Assembly: GCA_910587445.1 (NCBI GenBank)
Contig: CAJULE010000001.1
Location: 99,748 to 163,747, forward strand
DNA from: an uncultured Christensenellaceae bacterium
Lineage (GTDB): Bacteria > Bacillota > Clostridia > Christensenellales > Pumilibacteraceae
DNA: 64,000 nt
Reading direction: 5' to 3'
In this document: piece after piece, positions 55,989-64,000 of the stretch
Numbering within the stretch: position 1 is the stretch's first letter
How the letters are laid out: each line of letters begins with the position of its first letter
Translations under genes and position numbers: made by a program
The notes under the pieces: generated by a model
Database searches by the model: none
What the model was told of the DNA's origin: nothing
Seen by the model: only the letters and a program-made list of their open reading frames with translations

Positions 55989-57941
55989 ATGAAAAAACCG
56001 ACATATTACATCACTACGCCCATATACTATCCGAGTGGGCATTGGCACCTCGGACACACCTACACGACGGTTGCGTGCGACGCCGCCGCGCGCTTTAAGC
56101 GCATGAGCGGCTTCGACGTGTTCTATCTTACGGGTACGGACGAGCACGGGCAGAAGATAGAAAAGCGCGCCGCCGAAAGCGGAACGAGCCCCAAAGCGTT
56201 TGTCGACGGACTTGTGACGGAGATCAAACAGCTGTGGGAAAAACTCGGCATAACCTACGATAAGTTCATACGCACGACCGACGGCTATCACGTCAAAGCC
56301 GTGCAGAAGATATTCAAAAAGCTGTACGAGCAAGGCGACATCTACAAGTCGAAGTACAAGGGCAAGTACTGCACGCCGTGCGAAGCCTTTTGGACGAGTT
56401 CGCAGCTTGTGGACGGCAAGTGCCCCGACTGCGGCAGAGAGGTGTCTGACGCAGAGGAGGAAAGCTATTTCTTCCGTCTATCGAAGTATGCGGACCGTGT
56501 GCGCAAGCTTCTTACCGAAACCGATTTTCTTCAGCCCGCGAGCCGCGTCAATGAAATGGTCGGCAACTTCATCGACAAGGGACTCAGCGATCTGTGCGTG
56601 TCGCGTACTTCGTTCAAGTGGGGTATTCCCGTAGACTTCGACGAGGGACACATAGTATACGTCTGGGTGGATGCGCTGTCGAATTACATCACGGCTCTCG
56701 GCGCTTTCTCGAACGACGAAAAGCTTCTTAAAAAGTATTGGCCCGCAGACCTTCATATGGTGGGCAAGGAAATAGTCCGCTTTCACTCGATCGTCTGGCC
56801 CGCCATTCTCATGGCGCTCGGTCTTCCGCTTCCGAAGAAGGTGTTCGGTCACGGCTGGCTGCTCTTGGACGGCGACAAGATGAGTAAGTCCAAAGGCAAT
56901 GTCGTGGATCCGTTTATTCTCATAGACCGTTACGGACGCGACGCTTTAAGATATTATCTTCTTCGCGAAATACCCTTCGGTGCGGACGGAGTGTACTCGA
57001 ACGCCGCGTTTATTACGCGTCTTAACGCCGATATAGTAAACGATTTGGGCAATCTTCTGCGCCGTACGCTTGCCATGATCGAAAAATATTTCGACGGCAA
57101 AATCGAAAAGGGCGGAAAGAAAGAGCCTTTGGACGACGACTTCGTTTCGTGTATCGACGGGCTGTACGACAAAGTCAACGCGCGCATGGAAAGTCTCGAA
57201 TATACGCGTGCGCTCGAGGAGATATTCGCCGTAGTCGGAAGAGCCAACAAATATATAGACGAGACAATGCCGTGGGCGCTTGCGAAAGACGAAACTAAGC
57301 GCAGCCGCCTGCAAGCCGTTTTGTATAACCTTGCCGAAGCCTTGAGGGTGTCGGCGGTGCTGTTGAAGCCGTTTTTGACCGAGTATCCGTCGAGGATTTT
57401 CGAAGGGCTGGGAGTAAAAGAGCCCGAACTTTTCGACGGCAACGCGAAATACGGAAAGGAAAGCGAATATAAAATAAAGAGTATACCGCCGCTTATGGAA
57501 AGGCTCGACTTGAAAAAGGAGCTCGACGAGCTCGGCGCGATTGCCGCCGAAAAGGAAGGCGGAGAAAAGAAAGAGGAGAAAAAGAAAGTGGAAGAGAATG
57601 TCAGGCACGAGGATGACGGCATAGTTACGATAGACGAGTTTTTCAAAACGAAACTTAAGGTGGCAAAGGTCGTTGCCTGCGAAAAGGTGGAAAAGACCGA
57701 AAAGCTTTTGAAGCTTACGCTCGATGTGGGCGGAGAGGAACGCACGGTTGTTTCGGGTATAGCTAAGTTCTACACGCCCGAAGAGATGATAGGCAAAAGC
57801 GTCGTGCTCGTTTCCAATCTCAAGCCCGCGAAGCTCCGCGGCATAGAGAGCCGCGGAATGATCCTCTGCGCAAGCCACGGCGACAAGCTCTGCCTCGTCA
57901 CGCCCGAACAGGCAATGGAGGCGGGCGCGGAAGTATGCTGA
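55989..57941 (+). CDS. metG: methionine--tRNA ligase with C-terminal tRNA-binding (EMAP/Trbp111-like) domain
   Basis: HLGHTYT (HIGH) and KMSKSKGN motifs. Zn knuckle CPDCG. C-terminal OB-fold tRNA-binding domain. 650 aa. Confidence 0.95.
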   Translation: MKKPTYYITTPIYYPSGHWHLGHTYTTVACDAAARFKRMSGFDVFYLTGTDEHGQKIEKRAAESGTSPKAFVDGLVTEIKQLWEKLGITYDKFIRTTDGYHVKAVQKIFKKLYEQGDIYKSKYKGKYCTPCEAFWTSSQLVDGKCPDCGREVSDAEEESYFFRLSKYADRVRKLLTETDFLQPASRVNEMVGNFIDKGLSDLCVSRTSFKWGIPVDFDEGHIVYVWVDALSNYITALGAFSNDEKLLKKYWPADLHMVGKEIVRFHSIVWPAILMALGLPLPKKVFGHGWLLLDGDKMSKSKGNVVDPFILIDRYGRDALRYYLLREIPFGADGVYSNAAFITRLNADIVNDLGNLLRRTLAMIEKYFDGKIEKGGKKEPLDDDFVSCIDGLYDKVNARMESLEYTRALEEIFAVVGRANKYIDETMPWALAKDETKRSRLQAVLYNLAEALRVSAVLLKPFLTEYPSRIFEGLGVKEPELFDGNAKYGKESEYKIKSIPPLMERLDLKKELDELGAIAAEKEGGEKKEEKKKVEENVRHEDDGIVTIDEFFKTKLKVAKVVACEKVEKTEKLLKLTLDVGGEERTVVSGIAKFYTPEEMIGKSVVLVSNLKPAKLRGIESRGMILCASHGDKLCLVTPEQAMEAGAEVC

Positions 57942-58711
57942 TAGATACTCACGCGCATCTTACGGACGAGCGGTACGGCTCGCCCGAGGAGATAATCGCC
58001 GGCATGAGAGCGGACGGGCTCGAGCGTATCGTAAGCGTTGGCTTCGATATGGCGTCGTCTCTCGGCGCACACGCGATCGCCGAGGCAAACGAGGACGTTT
58101 ACTGTGCGGTCGGCTTTCACCCGTGCGACGTCGGCGGAATGAGGGAGGGCGATTACGAAAGACTTTTGAGCCTGTCGAAAAGCGACAAGTGCGTCGCGAT
58201 AGGCGAGATAGGACTCGACTATCACTACCCCGACACAGATAAGCCCGTACAGCATAAGGGGCTCGAGACGATGTTCGAGCTTGTGAAAGAAGCCGAGCTC
58301 CCCGCGATATTTCATATACGCGACGCCGACGGAGATATGCTCGATTGTGTTAAGAGAAACCGCGATAAGTTTTCAAAGACGGGAGTGGTACACTGCTTTT
58401 CCGGCTCGAAAGAGACGGCGAAGGAGTACGTCGACATGGGCTTTTACATCTCGTTCACGGGCGCGATAACCTTTAAAAACGCGGCGAAGTTTCCCGAGAT
58501 AATAAAGAGCATTCCTCTCGACAGGATACTCGTGGAGACCGATTGCCCGTATCTTACGCCCGTGCCGCACAGGGGAGAGATAAACTATCCGAAGTACGTG
58601 AAGTATCAGTCCATGTATATAGCGGGCGTTCTCGGAAAGTCCTCGGAAGAGGTCGCGAATATCACTACGGAAAACGCATACCGTCTGTTTTCCAAAATGA
58701 AGCGCGCGTAG
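57935..58711 (+). CDS. tatD: TatD-family metal-dependent hydrolase (DNase)
   Basis: MLIDTHAHL start and conserved His/Glu/Asp ligands. Overlaps the metG stop. Confidence 0.85.
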   Translation: MLIDTHAHLTDERYGSPEEIIAGMRADGLERIVSVGFDMASSLGAHAIAEANEDVYCAVGFHPCDVGGMREGDYERLLSLSKSDKCVAIGEIGLDYHYPDTDKPVQHKGLETMFELVKEAELPAIFHIRDADGDMLDCVKRNRDKFSKTGVVHCFSGSKETAKEYVDMGFYISFTGAITFKNAAKFPEIIKSIPLDRILVETDCPYLTPVPHRGEINYPKYVKYQSMYIAGVLGKSSEEVANITTENAYRLFSKMKRA

Positions 58712-58738
58712 AGAATAACATCTGTGCAAGGAGACAGC

Positions 58739-59359
58739 ATGAAAAAACGCGACAACGTATACGCCTATATGTTCGGCGGAAATATCTACGTCAATCTTAC
58801 GAACCGCTGTTGCAACAACTGCACGTTCTGTTTGAGAAACACGGGCGACGGCGTGAGCGGAAACGTACTGTGGCTCGAAAGAGAGCCGACGGCTTCGGAG
58901 GCGAAAGCCGCAGTCGAAAAACTGCTTGGCGAAAATCCGAGTGTGAAAGAGGTCGTTTTCTGCGGCTACGGCGAGCCGACTTACAAGCTCGGCGAAATGC
59001 TCGAGGTCGCAAAAGCGGCGCACGCAAAGGGGCTTAAGACTCGTCTCAATACGAACGGTCTCGGCAGTCTCGTAAACGGCAGAGACATAACGCCCGAGCT
59101 TAGGGGTGCAATCGACGTCGTGTCGGTATCGCTGAACGAATCGAGCGCCGAAAAGTACGACAACGTATGCAAGAGCATTTACGGAGAAAAGGCGTTCGAC
59201 GAGCTCAAAGACTTTGCCGCAAGGTGCGCGGCGCTCGGAATAGACACCGTAATGAGCGTCGTTGACGTCATAGGCGAGGAAGCGGTGCGGGAGTGCGAAG
59301 CGATCGCAAATAAATGCGGCGCGCGTTTGAGAGTGAGGAGGTATGAACCGAAATGGTAG
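58739..59359 (+). CDS. radical SAM protein of the TatD-associated type
   Basis: CNNCTFC cluster within NRCCNNCTFC, giving Cx3Cx2C. About 207 aa. Directly downstream of tatD. Start ATG 58739 after AAGGAGACAGC. Confidence 0.6.
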   Translation: MKKRDNVYAYMFGGNIYVNLTNRCCNNCTFCLRNTGDGVSGNVLWLEREPTASEAKAAVEKLLGENPSVKEVVFCGYGEPTYKLGEMLEVAKAAHAKGLKTRLNTNGLGSLVNGRDITPELRGAIDVVSVSLNESSAEKYDNVCKSIYGEKAFDELKDFAARCAALGIDTVMSVVDVIGEEAVRECEAIANKCGARLRVRRYEPKW

Positions 59360-59886
59360 ATGAAAAGCTTAAGGACATGACCTTGCGCCTTTCGGGCATC
59401 GTGTCCGAATCGGTCGTGGACGGCGTGGGCTTTCGTATGGCGATATTCACCCAAGGGTGCAAACACAATTGCAAGGGCTGCCAAAATCCGCAGACGCACG
59501 CACTCGACGGCGGCGAAGTTACCGATTTGAAGTTTGTGCTCGAGGAAATAGAAAAGGATCCTTTGCTCGACGGAGTGACGCTTTCGGGCGGCGAGCCTTT
59601 TTTGCAGGCGAAGCCTCTCGCCGAGCTCTGCCGGCAGGTGCGCGCGCGCGGGCTCGACGTGTGGTGCTACAGCGGCTACACCTATGAGGAACTTTGCGCG
59701 CTTGCCGAAAAGGACGCGGACGTGCGGGAACTTCTCGACGGCATAGATGTGCTGATAGACGGTCGGTTTGTTTTGGAAAAGCTCGATTTGAAGCTGAAAT
59801 TCCGCGGCTCTTCCAACCAGCGTATACTCGACATGAAAAAAACGCGCGAAAGAGGCTGTCCCGTATGGCTCGAGGGTATGGAATAG
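59353..59886 (+). CDS. glycyl-radical-enzyme activase-like radical SAM protein (NrdG-like anaerobic RNR activating protein family)
   Basis: GCKHNCKGCQNPQT (Cx3Cx2C) near the N-terminus. 177 aa. LSGGEPFLQ SAM-binding motif. No nrdD in the window. Confidence 0.65.
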   Translation: MVDEKLKDMTLRLSGIVSESVVDGVGFRMAIFTQGCKHNCKGCQNPQTHALDGGEVTDLKFVLEEIEKDPLLDGVTLSGGEPFLQAKPLAELCRQVRARGLDVWCYSGYTYEELCALAEKDADVRELLDGIDVLIDGRFVLEKLDLKLKFRGSSNQRILDMKKTRERGCPVWLEGME

Positions 59887-60089
59887 CTTTGCAAACTGCG
59901 GGTGCACGCCCTTAAATGCGGCGCAGCCATGTCGTCGGTTACGGTGAAAATTCCATGAAAATCTGCACAAGGCGCGCTTAAACACTTGATAAACGGGCGC
60001 GGCTTGTGATATACTACTATAAGTGCAGAAAAGCGCGCCGTTTTTCTTTTTCCGTTCATTCGGAGGCGCCGCAATTTTCGGAGGTCGAT

Positions 60090-62018
60090 TTGGAGTCAAA
60101 AAACAGCAAAAGAATCATAATCATTGTCGTGATTGCCATAGTGCTCATTGCGGTCATTGCTCTTGTGTTCTTTTTCAACCGTCCCAAAAACGCGCTTCGT
60201 TACGACGAACTGTGGGATAAGATAGAGGACGGGCAGGTAGAAGAGATACGCATAAACAACGATATCGCGCAGATAAAGCTCGTCGGAGACAAGAACTTCA
60301 CGAAGCAGTGCTTTATTCGCGATACCATATTCATAAATGCGCTTAAGGAGTACGAGGACGCTCACGCGGAGGACGAAGGCTTCGTCCGCATAAAGATCAC
60401 GCTGAACGACCGAAATTCGGGGAGCGTGTGGAGTCTCGCCATTCCGATTGTCGGCTTTGTCGTGCTCGTCGTGCTCGCCGTCTTTATGTTCAGGGCGATG
60501 TCGGGCTCGAATAAGCAGGCAATGAATTTCGGCAAGTCCAATGCGAACGCGCAAGCCAATCTCAAGGTCCGCTTTACGGACGTTGCGGGTGCGGAAGAGG
60601 AAAAGGAAGAACTCGCCGAAGTGGTCGAGTTTTTGAAATCGCCGCAAAAATTTACGGCGGTGGGCGCAAAGATTCCCAAGGGCGTACTGCTCGTAGGTCC
60701 TCCGGGAACGGGTAAGACGCTGTTTGCGAAAGCCGTTGCGGGCGAAGCGAACGTGCCGTTCTTCTCGATTTCGGGTTCCGATTTCGTCGAAATGTTCGTC
60801 GGCGTCGGCGCTTCCCGTGTGCGCGATCTGTTCGATACGGCAAAGAAGAATATGCCGTGCATAATTTTCATAGACGAAATAGACGCCGTGGGCCGCCAGC
60901 GCGGCGCGGGGCTCGGCGGCGGTCATGACGAGCGCGAGCAGACCCTTAACCAGCTTCTTGTTCAGATGGACGGCTTCGAAACGAACGACGGCATTATAGT
61001 CATGGCGGCGACCAACCGCGCGGATATTCTCGATCCCGCGCTTCTCCGTCCCGGACGCTTCGACCGTCAGATTTACGTCAACGTGCCCGACGTGCGCGGC
61101 AGAGAAGCCATACTCAAGGTGCACGCTCGCAATAAGCCCATTTCTCCCGAGGTCGATTTCCGTGTGCTTGCGCGCATGACGTCGGGCTTCACGGGAGCGG
61201 AGATCGCCAATCTTTTGAACGAAGCGGCGATACTTTGCGCGCGCGACAACCGCAAAGAGATAACAATGGAGGACATAAACGAGGGCATAAACAAGGTGAC
61301 GCTCGGACCGCAGAAAAAGTCGCGTCTCGTCACCGAGTTCGACAAGCGCATAACGGCTTATCACGAGGCGGGTCACGCGCTCGTTGCGCTCAAGCTTTCG
61401 GGGTGCGATCCCGTACACGAGGTGTCCATAATACCGAGAGGTCCTGCGGGCGGATATACGAAAATGCGTCCCGACAACGACAACCAGTATATGACGATAA
61501 ATAAGCTCACCGACGAGCTCGCAATGAGCATGGGCGGCAGAGCGGCGGAAGAGCTCGTCATACAGGATATTTCCTCGGGCGCCGTAGGCGACATCAAGCA
61601 GGCGACGGACACGGCACGCAAAATGGTCATGGAATGGGGTATGTCCACTTCGCTCGGACCCGTATACTACGGTTCGAATCAAGAAGTGTTCCTCGGAAGA
61701 GACTACCAGTCGACGCACACTTATTCGGAAAAGGTCGCTTCCAAGATAGACGAGGAAGTTTCGAAGCTTCTCGACAAGGCGCACGAGACGGCAAGAAAGG
61801 TGCTTGCGGAAAACAGAGACGTAATGGATAAGATGGTTCGGCTTTTAATCGAGCGCGAAACGATATTCACCGAAGACGTAAATATGCTCATGGAAGGCAA
61901 GAGCGTCGAAGAGGTACGCGACGCCTACGACAAGCGCATGGCGCGTTCGGCAAAAAAGCCCGCCGTTTCGGACGGCGCTCCCGCCGCGGACGCACCCGCA
62001 AATCCTTCCGCAGTTTAA
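60090..62018 (+). CDS. ftsH: ATP-dependent zinc metalloprotease FtsH
   Basis: Two N-terminal TM helices. AAA+ Walker A GPPGTGKT and Walker [12 protein letters not shown], plus SRH. HEAGHA zinc site. Start is probably TTG 60090 (CGGAGG 5 nt upstream). The ORF-track GTG at 60006 lies inside a TGaTATACT -10 box. Confidence 0.9.
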   Translation: MESKNSKRIIIIVVIAIVLIAVIALVFFFNRPKNALRYDELWDKIEDGQVEEIRINNDIAQIKLVGDKNFTKQCFIRDTIFINALKEYEDAHAEDEGFVRIKITLNDRNSGSVWSLAIPIVGFVVLVVLAVFMFRAMSGSNKQAMNFGKSNANAQANLKVRFTDVAGAEEEKEELAEVVEFLKSPQKFTAVGAKIPKGVLLVGPPGTGKTLFAKAVAGEANVPFFSISGSDFVEMFVGVGASRVRDLFDTAKKNMPCIIFIDEIDAVGRQRGAGLGGGHDEREQTLNQLLVQMDGFETNDGIIVMAATNRADILDPALLRPGRFDRQIYVNVPDVRGREAILKVHARNKPISPEVDFRVLARMTSGFTGAEIANLLNEAAILCARDNRKEITMEDINEGINKVTLGPQKKSRLVTEFDKRITAYHEAGHALVALKLSGCDPVHEVSIIPRGPAGGYTKMRPDNDNQYMTINKLTDELAMSMGGRAAEELVIQDISSGAVGDIKQATDTARKMVMEWGMSTSLGPVYYGSNQEVFLGRDYQSTHTYSEKVASKIDEEVSKLLDKAHETARKVLAENRDVMDKMVRLLIERETIFTEDVNMLMEGKSVEEVRDAYDKRMARSAKKPAVSDGAPAADAPANPSAV

Positions 62019-62060
62019 TCAGCCAGGGAAACGCAAAGATACAGAGACAAAGGAGTTATT

Positions 62061-62675
62061 ATGAAAAAGAGAGTTGCTTTACCGATTATAATCACGTCGA
62101 GCGTTGCGGCGCTTATAGTGATTGCCATAATCGTGCTCAGCGTCGTTACGGTAAACCCGCTTTTGGGTATGCTCGGCGGATACAGCGACGTAACCGTTTA
62201 CAATCACGAAGCCTCCACGCCTTATCCCAACACCGATAAGACGGTAGAAAAGGTCAAAGAGGGCATAGAGGATACGAGATTTTCCGTAATGCACGCCATT
62301 CTCGAGGGAAGATGGGTATACAGCCCTAAGTTCAAGACCGAAAAGGACGAGGACGGAGAGACGGTTCGTACGAAGCTTACCGTGACGGCTACGAAAAACC
62401 TTACCGCGGACTCGAGCAATTATATGCTTCTCTTTTCGTTCGACGAGAAAAAGAGCGTTAAGATAGAAGGCGAGACCGTCGAGTTCGACCGCGCCAAGGT
62501 GCTCGTATACGACACCGTCGGCGAGATAGAGCGCATAGTTATATATCCCTATTTGCAGGAGAAGCTCGACATAACGCCCATCGACAGCTACTATTATTGC
62601 TATCCCGTCGAGATCTGGTCCACGACGAGCAAGCTTATGGGGACGCTTACCGATTACGAAACTCTTTTGAAATGA
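62061..62675 (+). CDS. hypothetical membrane-anchored protein (single N-terminal TM)
   Basis: Signal-anchor MKKRVALPIIITSSVAALIVIAIIVL, then a soluble about 170-aa domain. RBS AAAGGAG. Confidence 0.5.
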   Translation: MKKRVALPIIITSSVAALIVIAIIVLSVVTVNPLLGMLGGYSDVTVYNHEASTPYPNTDKTVEKVKEGIEDTRFSVMHAILEGRWVYSPKFKTEKDEDGETVRTKLTVTATKNLTADSSNYMLLFSFDEKKSVKIEGETVEFDRAKVLVYDTVGEIERIVIYPYLQEKLDITPIDSYYYCYPVEIWSTTSKLMGTLTDYETLLK

Positions 62676-62986
62676 TTTCGGCGATAAATCCGTATTTCAT
62701 CATTCTGCCCATAGTTTTGGTGCAGTATATATCGGCGACATTCGCGCTCGTGAGACTTGCACGGGCGCGTTTGAGTACGCCGAAATACGTCGCATGGAAT
62801 CTTTTTATACTCATTGTGTTTTTCGTCGGTTCGATCGCGTTTTTTATCTACGACGCGGTGCGGAAGAAGCCGGAGGACGATGACGGCGGAGATACGGCGC
62901 TTCAAAAAACGCAGGCGGCGGATACGGAGAAAGTTGCTCTTATCGATAAGGAGAGCGAGAATGTCGCTTCGGATAAGGGCCTATAA
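62672..62986 (+). CDS. small two-TM protein, PLDc_N (cardiolipin-synthase N-terminal domain)-like
   Basis: Two hydrophobic helices separated by a basic loop (LARARLSTPKYVAWNLF). Acidic C-terminal tail. Start ATG 62672 overlaps the previous stop. Confidence 0.45.
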   Translation: MISAINPYFIILPIVLVQYISATFALVRLARARLSTPKYVAWNLFILIVFFVGSIAFFIYDAVRKKPEDDDGGDTALQKTQAADTEKVALIDKESENVASDKGL

Positions 62987-63004
62987 AATTCAAATTTCGG
63001 ATAA

Positions 63005-63040
63005 AAACATAACCGCGGCTTGGCTTCCGCGGTTTTTGCT
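63005..63040. terminator. bidirectional terminator between convergent genes
   Basis: aaccgcgg cttggctt ccgcggtt with A-run before and T-run after. Confidence 0.6.
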
Positions 63041-63087
63041 TTAAGCGTCTTTAGATTCGCCATAGGGCGCAAGACTTAGCTCTCATT

Positions 63088-63621
63088 TCAATTTATGTTT
63101 AGGACCTGCGGGGAGCGCGCGCCGAACGCATACAAATGCTCGCCGTGGCAGACTGCGACGGGAAGAGTGAAACGCTTTTGAAGCAGTTTTACTCGCTCTT
63201 TACGCGCGTCGTCGAATGTGCGGACAATGGAAACTATGCCGTCCGATCTTTCTGCGAGTTTGCTCCAAATGAGTTCGCTGTCGATGTCGTCGTCGACGAT
63301 GAGTCCTATGTTTACGCCGTGGAAGGAATAGACCTTCAGTTCGCTTTCCTCGCCGCCCATATGAAGGTTGCAGTCGGCTACGTCGGCAAGCAGATAGTTG
63401 TGGAAGGTGACGGCGCTTACTCTTTTAAGCTCGCGCATAAAAAATTCTATGCCGTACAGACTTACGTTTTCGCCGCTCTTTATTGCCGCGTCCACGAGAA
63501 AAGACGACTGCCCCGTGAGCTCCTTTTCGAGATCGATTTTCTCCAGAGTGCCGAAGCCGTACAGCTTTACGTCGGCGAGCTCTCCGCCGACAACCAACGA
63601 TTTTATCATTGCGTATTCCAT
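63088..63621 (-). CDS. hypothetical protein (about 175 aa); start uncertain (63621 or 63609; track gives 63708)
   Basis: Minus-strand ORF ends just upstream of the bidirectional terminator. Protein-like composition. No recognisable motif. Confidence 0.4.
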   Translation of the reverse strand: MEYAMIKSLVVGGELADVKLYGFGTLEKIDLEKELTGQSSFLVDAAIKSGENVSLYGIEFFMRELKRVSAVTFHNYLLADVADCNLHMGGEESELKVYSFHGVNIGLIVDDDIDSELIWSKLAERSDGIVSIVRTFDDARKERVKLLQKRFTLPVAVCHGEHLYAFGARSPQVLNIN

Positions 63622-63733
63622 AGTCCATACTATGCGGCGTGTTCGAGACAGGTGAACTTGTAAAAGGAAAGAAATCGCAGGCTTTGACCGCGGCGCGCCG
63701 CTTGCCATGCTGTTTTGCCGCTGCAGGAGGACT

Positions 63734-64000
63734 CTATCTTATACGTAATCCTTTCGGATAGTGATTTTTCATAGATCCGCCGCTTGACTTGACAAGTCCC
63801 AAGGGATGCGAGTCGGCGCAGAGTATTCCCCAACCGGCAAAATCGGCGTCAAGCGAAAGCTCTTCGCCGCGCAGATATTTTTCTACCGCCCTTCTTCCGT
63901 TTTCGCGTGAAGTTTCTTCTCCGATTTCGTAGAAAAGATTTGCGGCGGCAATCGCTTCGTTTTCTTTCAATGCGGCAACAAAGCCGTGCGAGGGAACGAC
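63734..64000 (-). CDS. 3' part of a minus-strand gene continuing beyond the window end (function unknown)
   Basis: Open frame runs off the window at 64000. Only the C-terminal about 85 aa are visible. Confidence 0.3.
   Translation of the reverse strand, partial: VVPSHGFVAALKENEAIAAANLFYEIGEETSRENGRRAVEKYLRGEELSLDADFAGWGILCADSHPLGLVKSSGGSMKNHYPKGLRIR

Noticed and set aside
60006-60089. GTG start at 60006 for ftsH
   Set aside because: It lies inside a TGaTATACT -10 element and adds a non-conserved basic N-terminus. TTG at 60090 has a CGGAGG RBS and begins the conserved N-terminal TM region.
60096-61784. 562-aa minus-strand ORF
   Set aside because: Antisense to ftsH.
1-64000. CRISPR arrays, tRNA/rRNA genes, integrase/transposase genes
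   Set aside because: No regularly spaced direct repeats. No tRNA-like cloverleaf signatures in the intergenic regions I read. No recombinase-like ORFs found.

Overview
This 64-kb window looks like chromosomal DNA from a moderately GC-rich (roughly 55%) anaerobic Firmicute of the Clostridia. The evidence for that is gene content: a BofA-like sporulation protein, an RsfA-like Myb regulator, rubredoxin, radical-SAM activases, and an rpmG-secE-nusG-rplK-rplA-rplJ-rplL ribosomal cluster. Nearly all real genes are on the + strand, and the long minus-strand ORFs in the track are mostly antisense artefacts of GC-rich coding DNA.

Housekeeping genes I can support:
- A CydC-like ABC exporter.
- An ECF-type transporter (S component, EcfT, fused double ATPase).
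- Rubredoxin (55 aa, absent from the ORF track).
- An HtrA-like lipoprotein protease.
- A LytTR/AgrC-like two-component pair.
- A GH3 glycosidase with inverted domain order.
- UDP-galactopyranose mutase next to a GT28/MGDG-synthase-like glycosyltransferase.
- A YuaF/NfeD-flotillin pair.
- Aspartate aminotransferase, a LeuA/HMGL-family synthase, thrC, trpS.
- metG, tatD, a TatD-associated radical SAM protein, an NrdG-like activase, ftsH.

Accessory and unusual content:
- An AT-rich subtilisin (S8) gene that appears disrupted twice, by a -1 frameshift in an A7 run and an in-frame TGA at a conserved Gly codon.
- A duplicated two-gene cassette that I cannot assign to a named family. Its first gene is a roughly 100-aa domain that occurs once as the C-terminal tail of the S8 protease and once as a free ORF. 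Its second gene starts inside the first gene's stop codon and encodes a repeat lipoprotein.
- A near-consensus promoter with a G9 homopolymer in its spacer, upstream of a large LRR/Listeria-Bacteroides-repeat lipoprotein and two tandem MacB-type ABC transporters.
- A family of GC-rich, hairpin-containing intergenic repeats, two tandem upstream of thrC and one upstream of the rplJ promoter.
- A MITE-like palindromic element between two AT-rich genes (GNAT, DUF1349-like).
- A J-domain-like protein with HPD replaced by SEQ and a poly-Cys tail.

No tRNA or rRNA genes and no CRISPR array were recognised.
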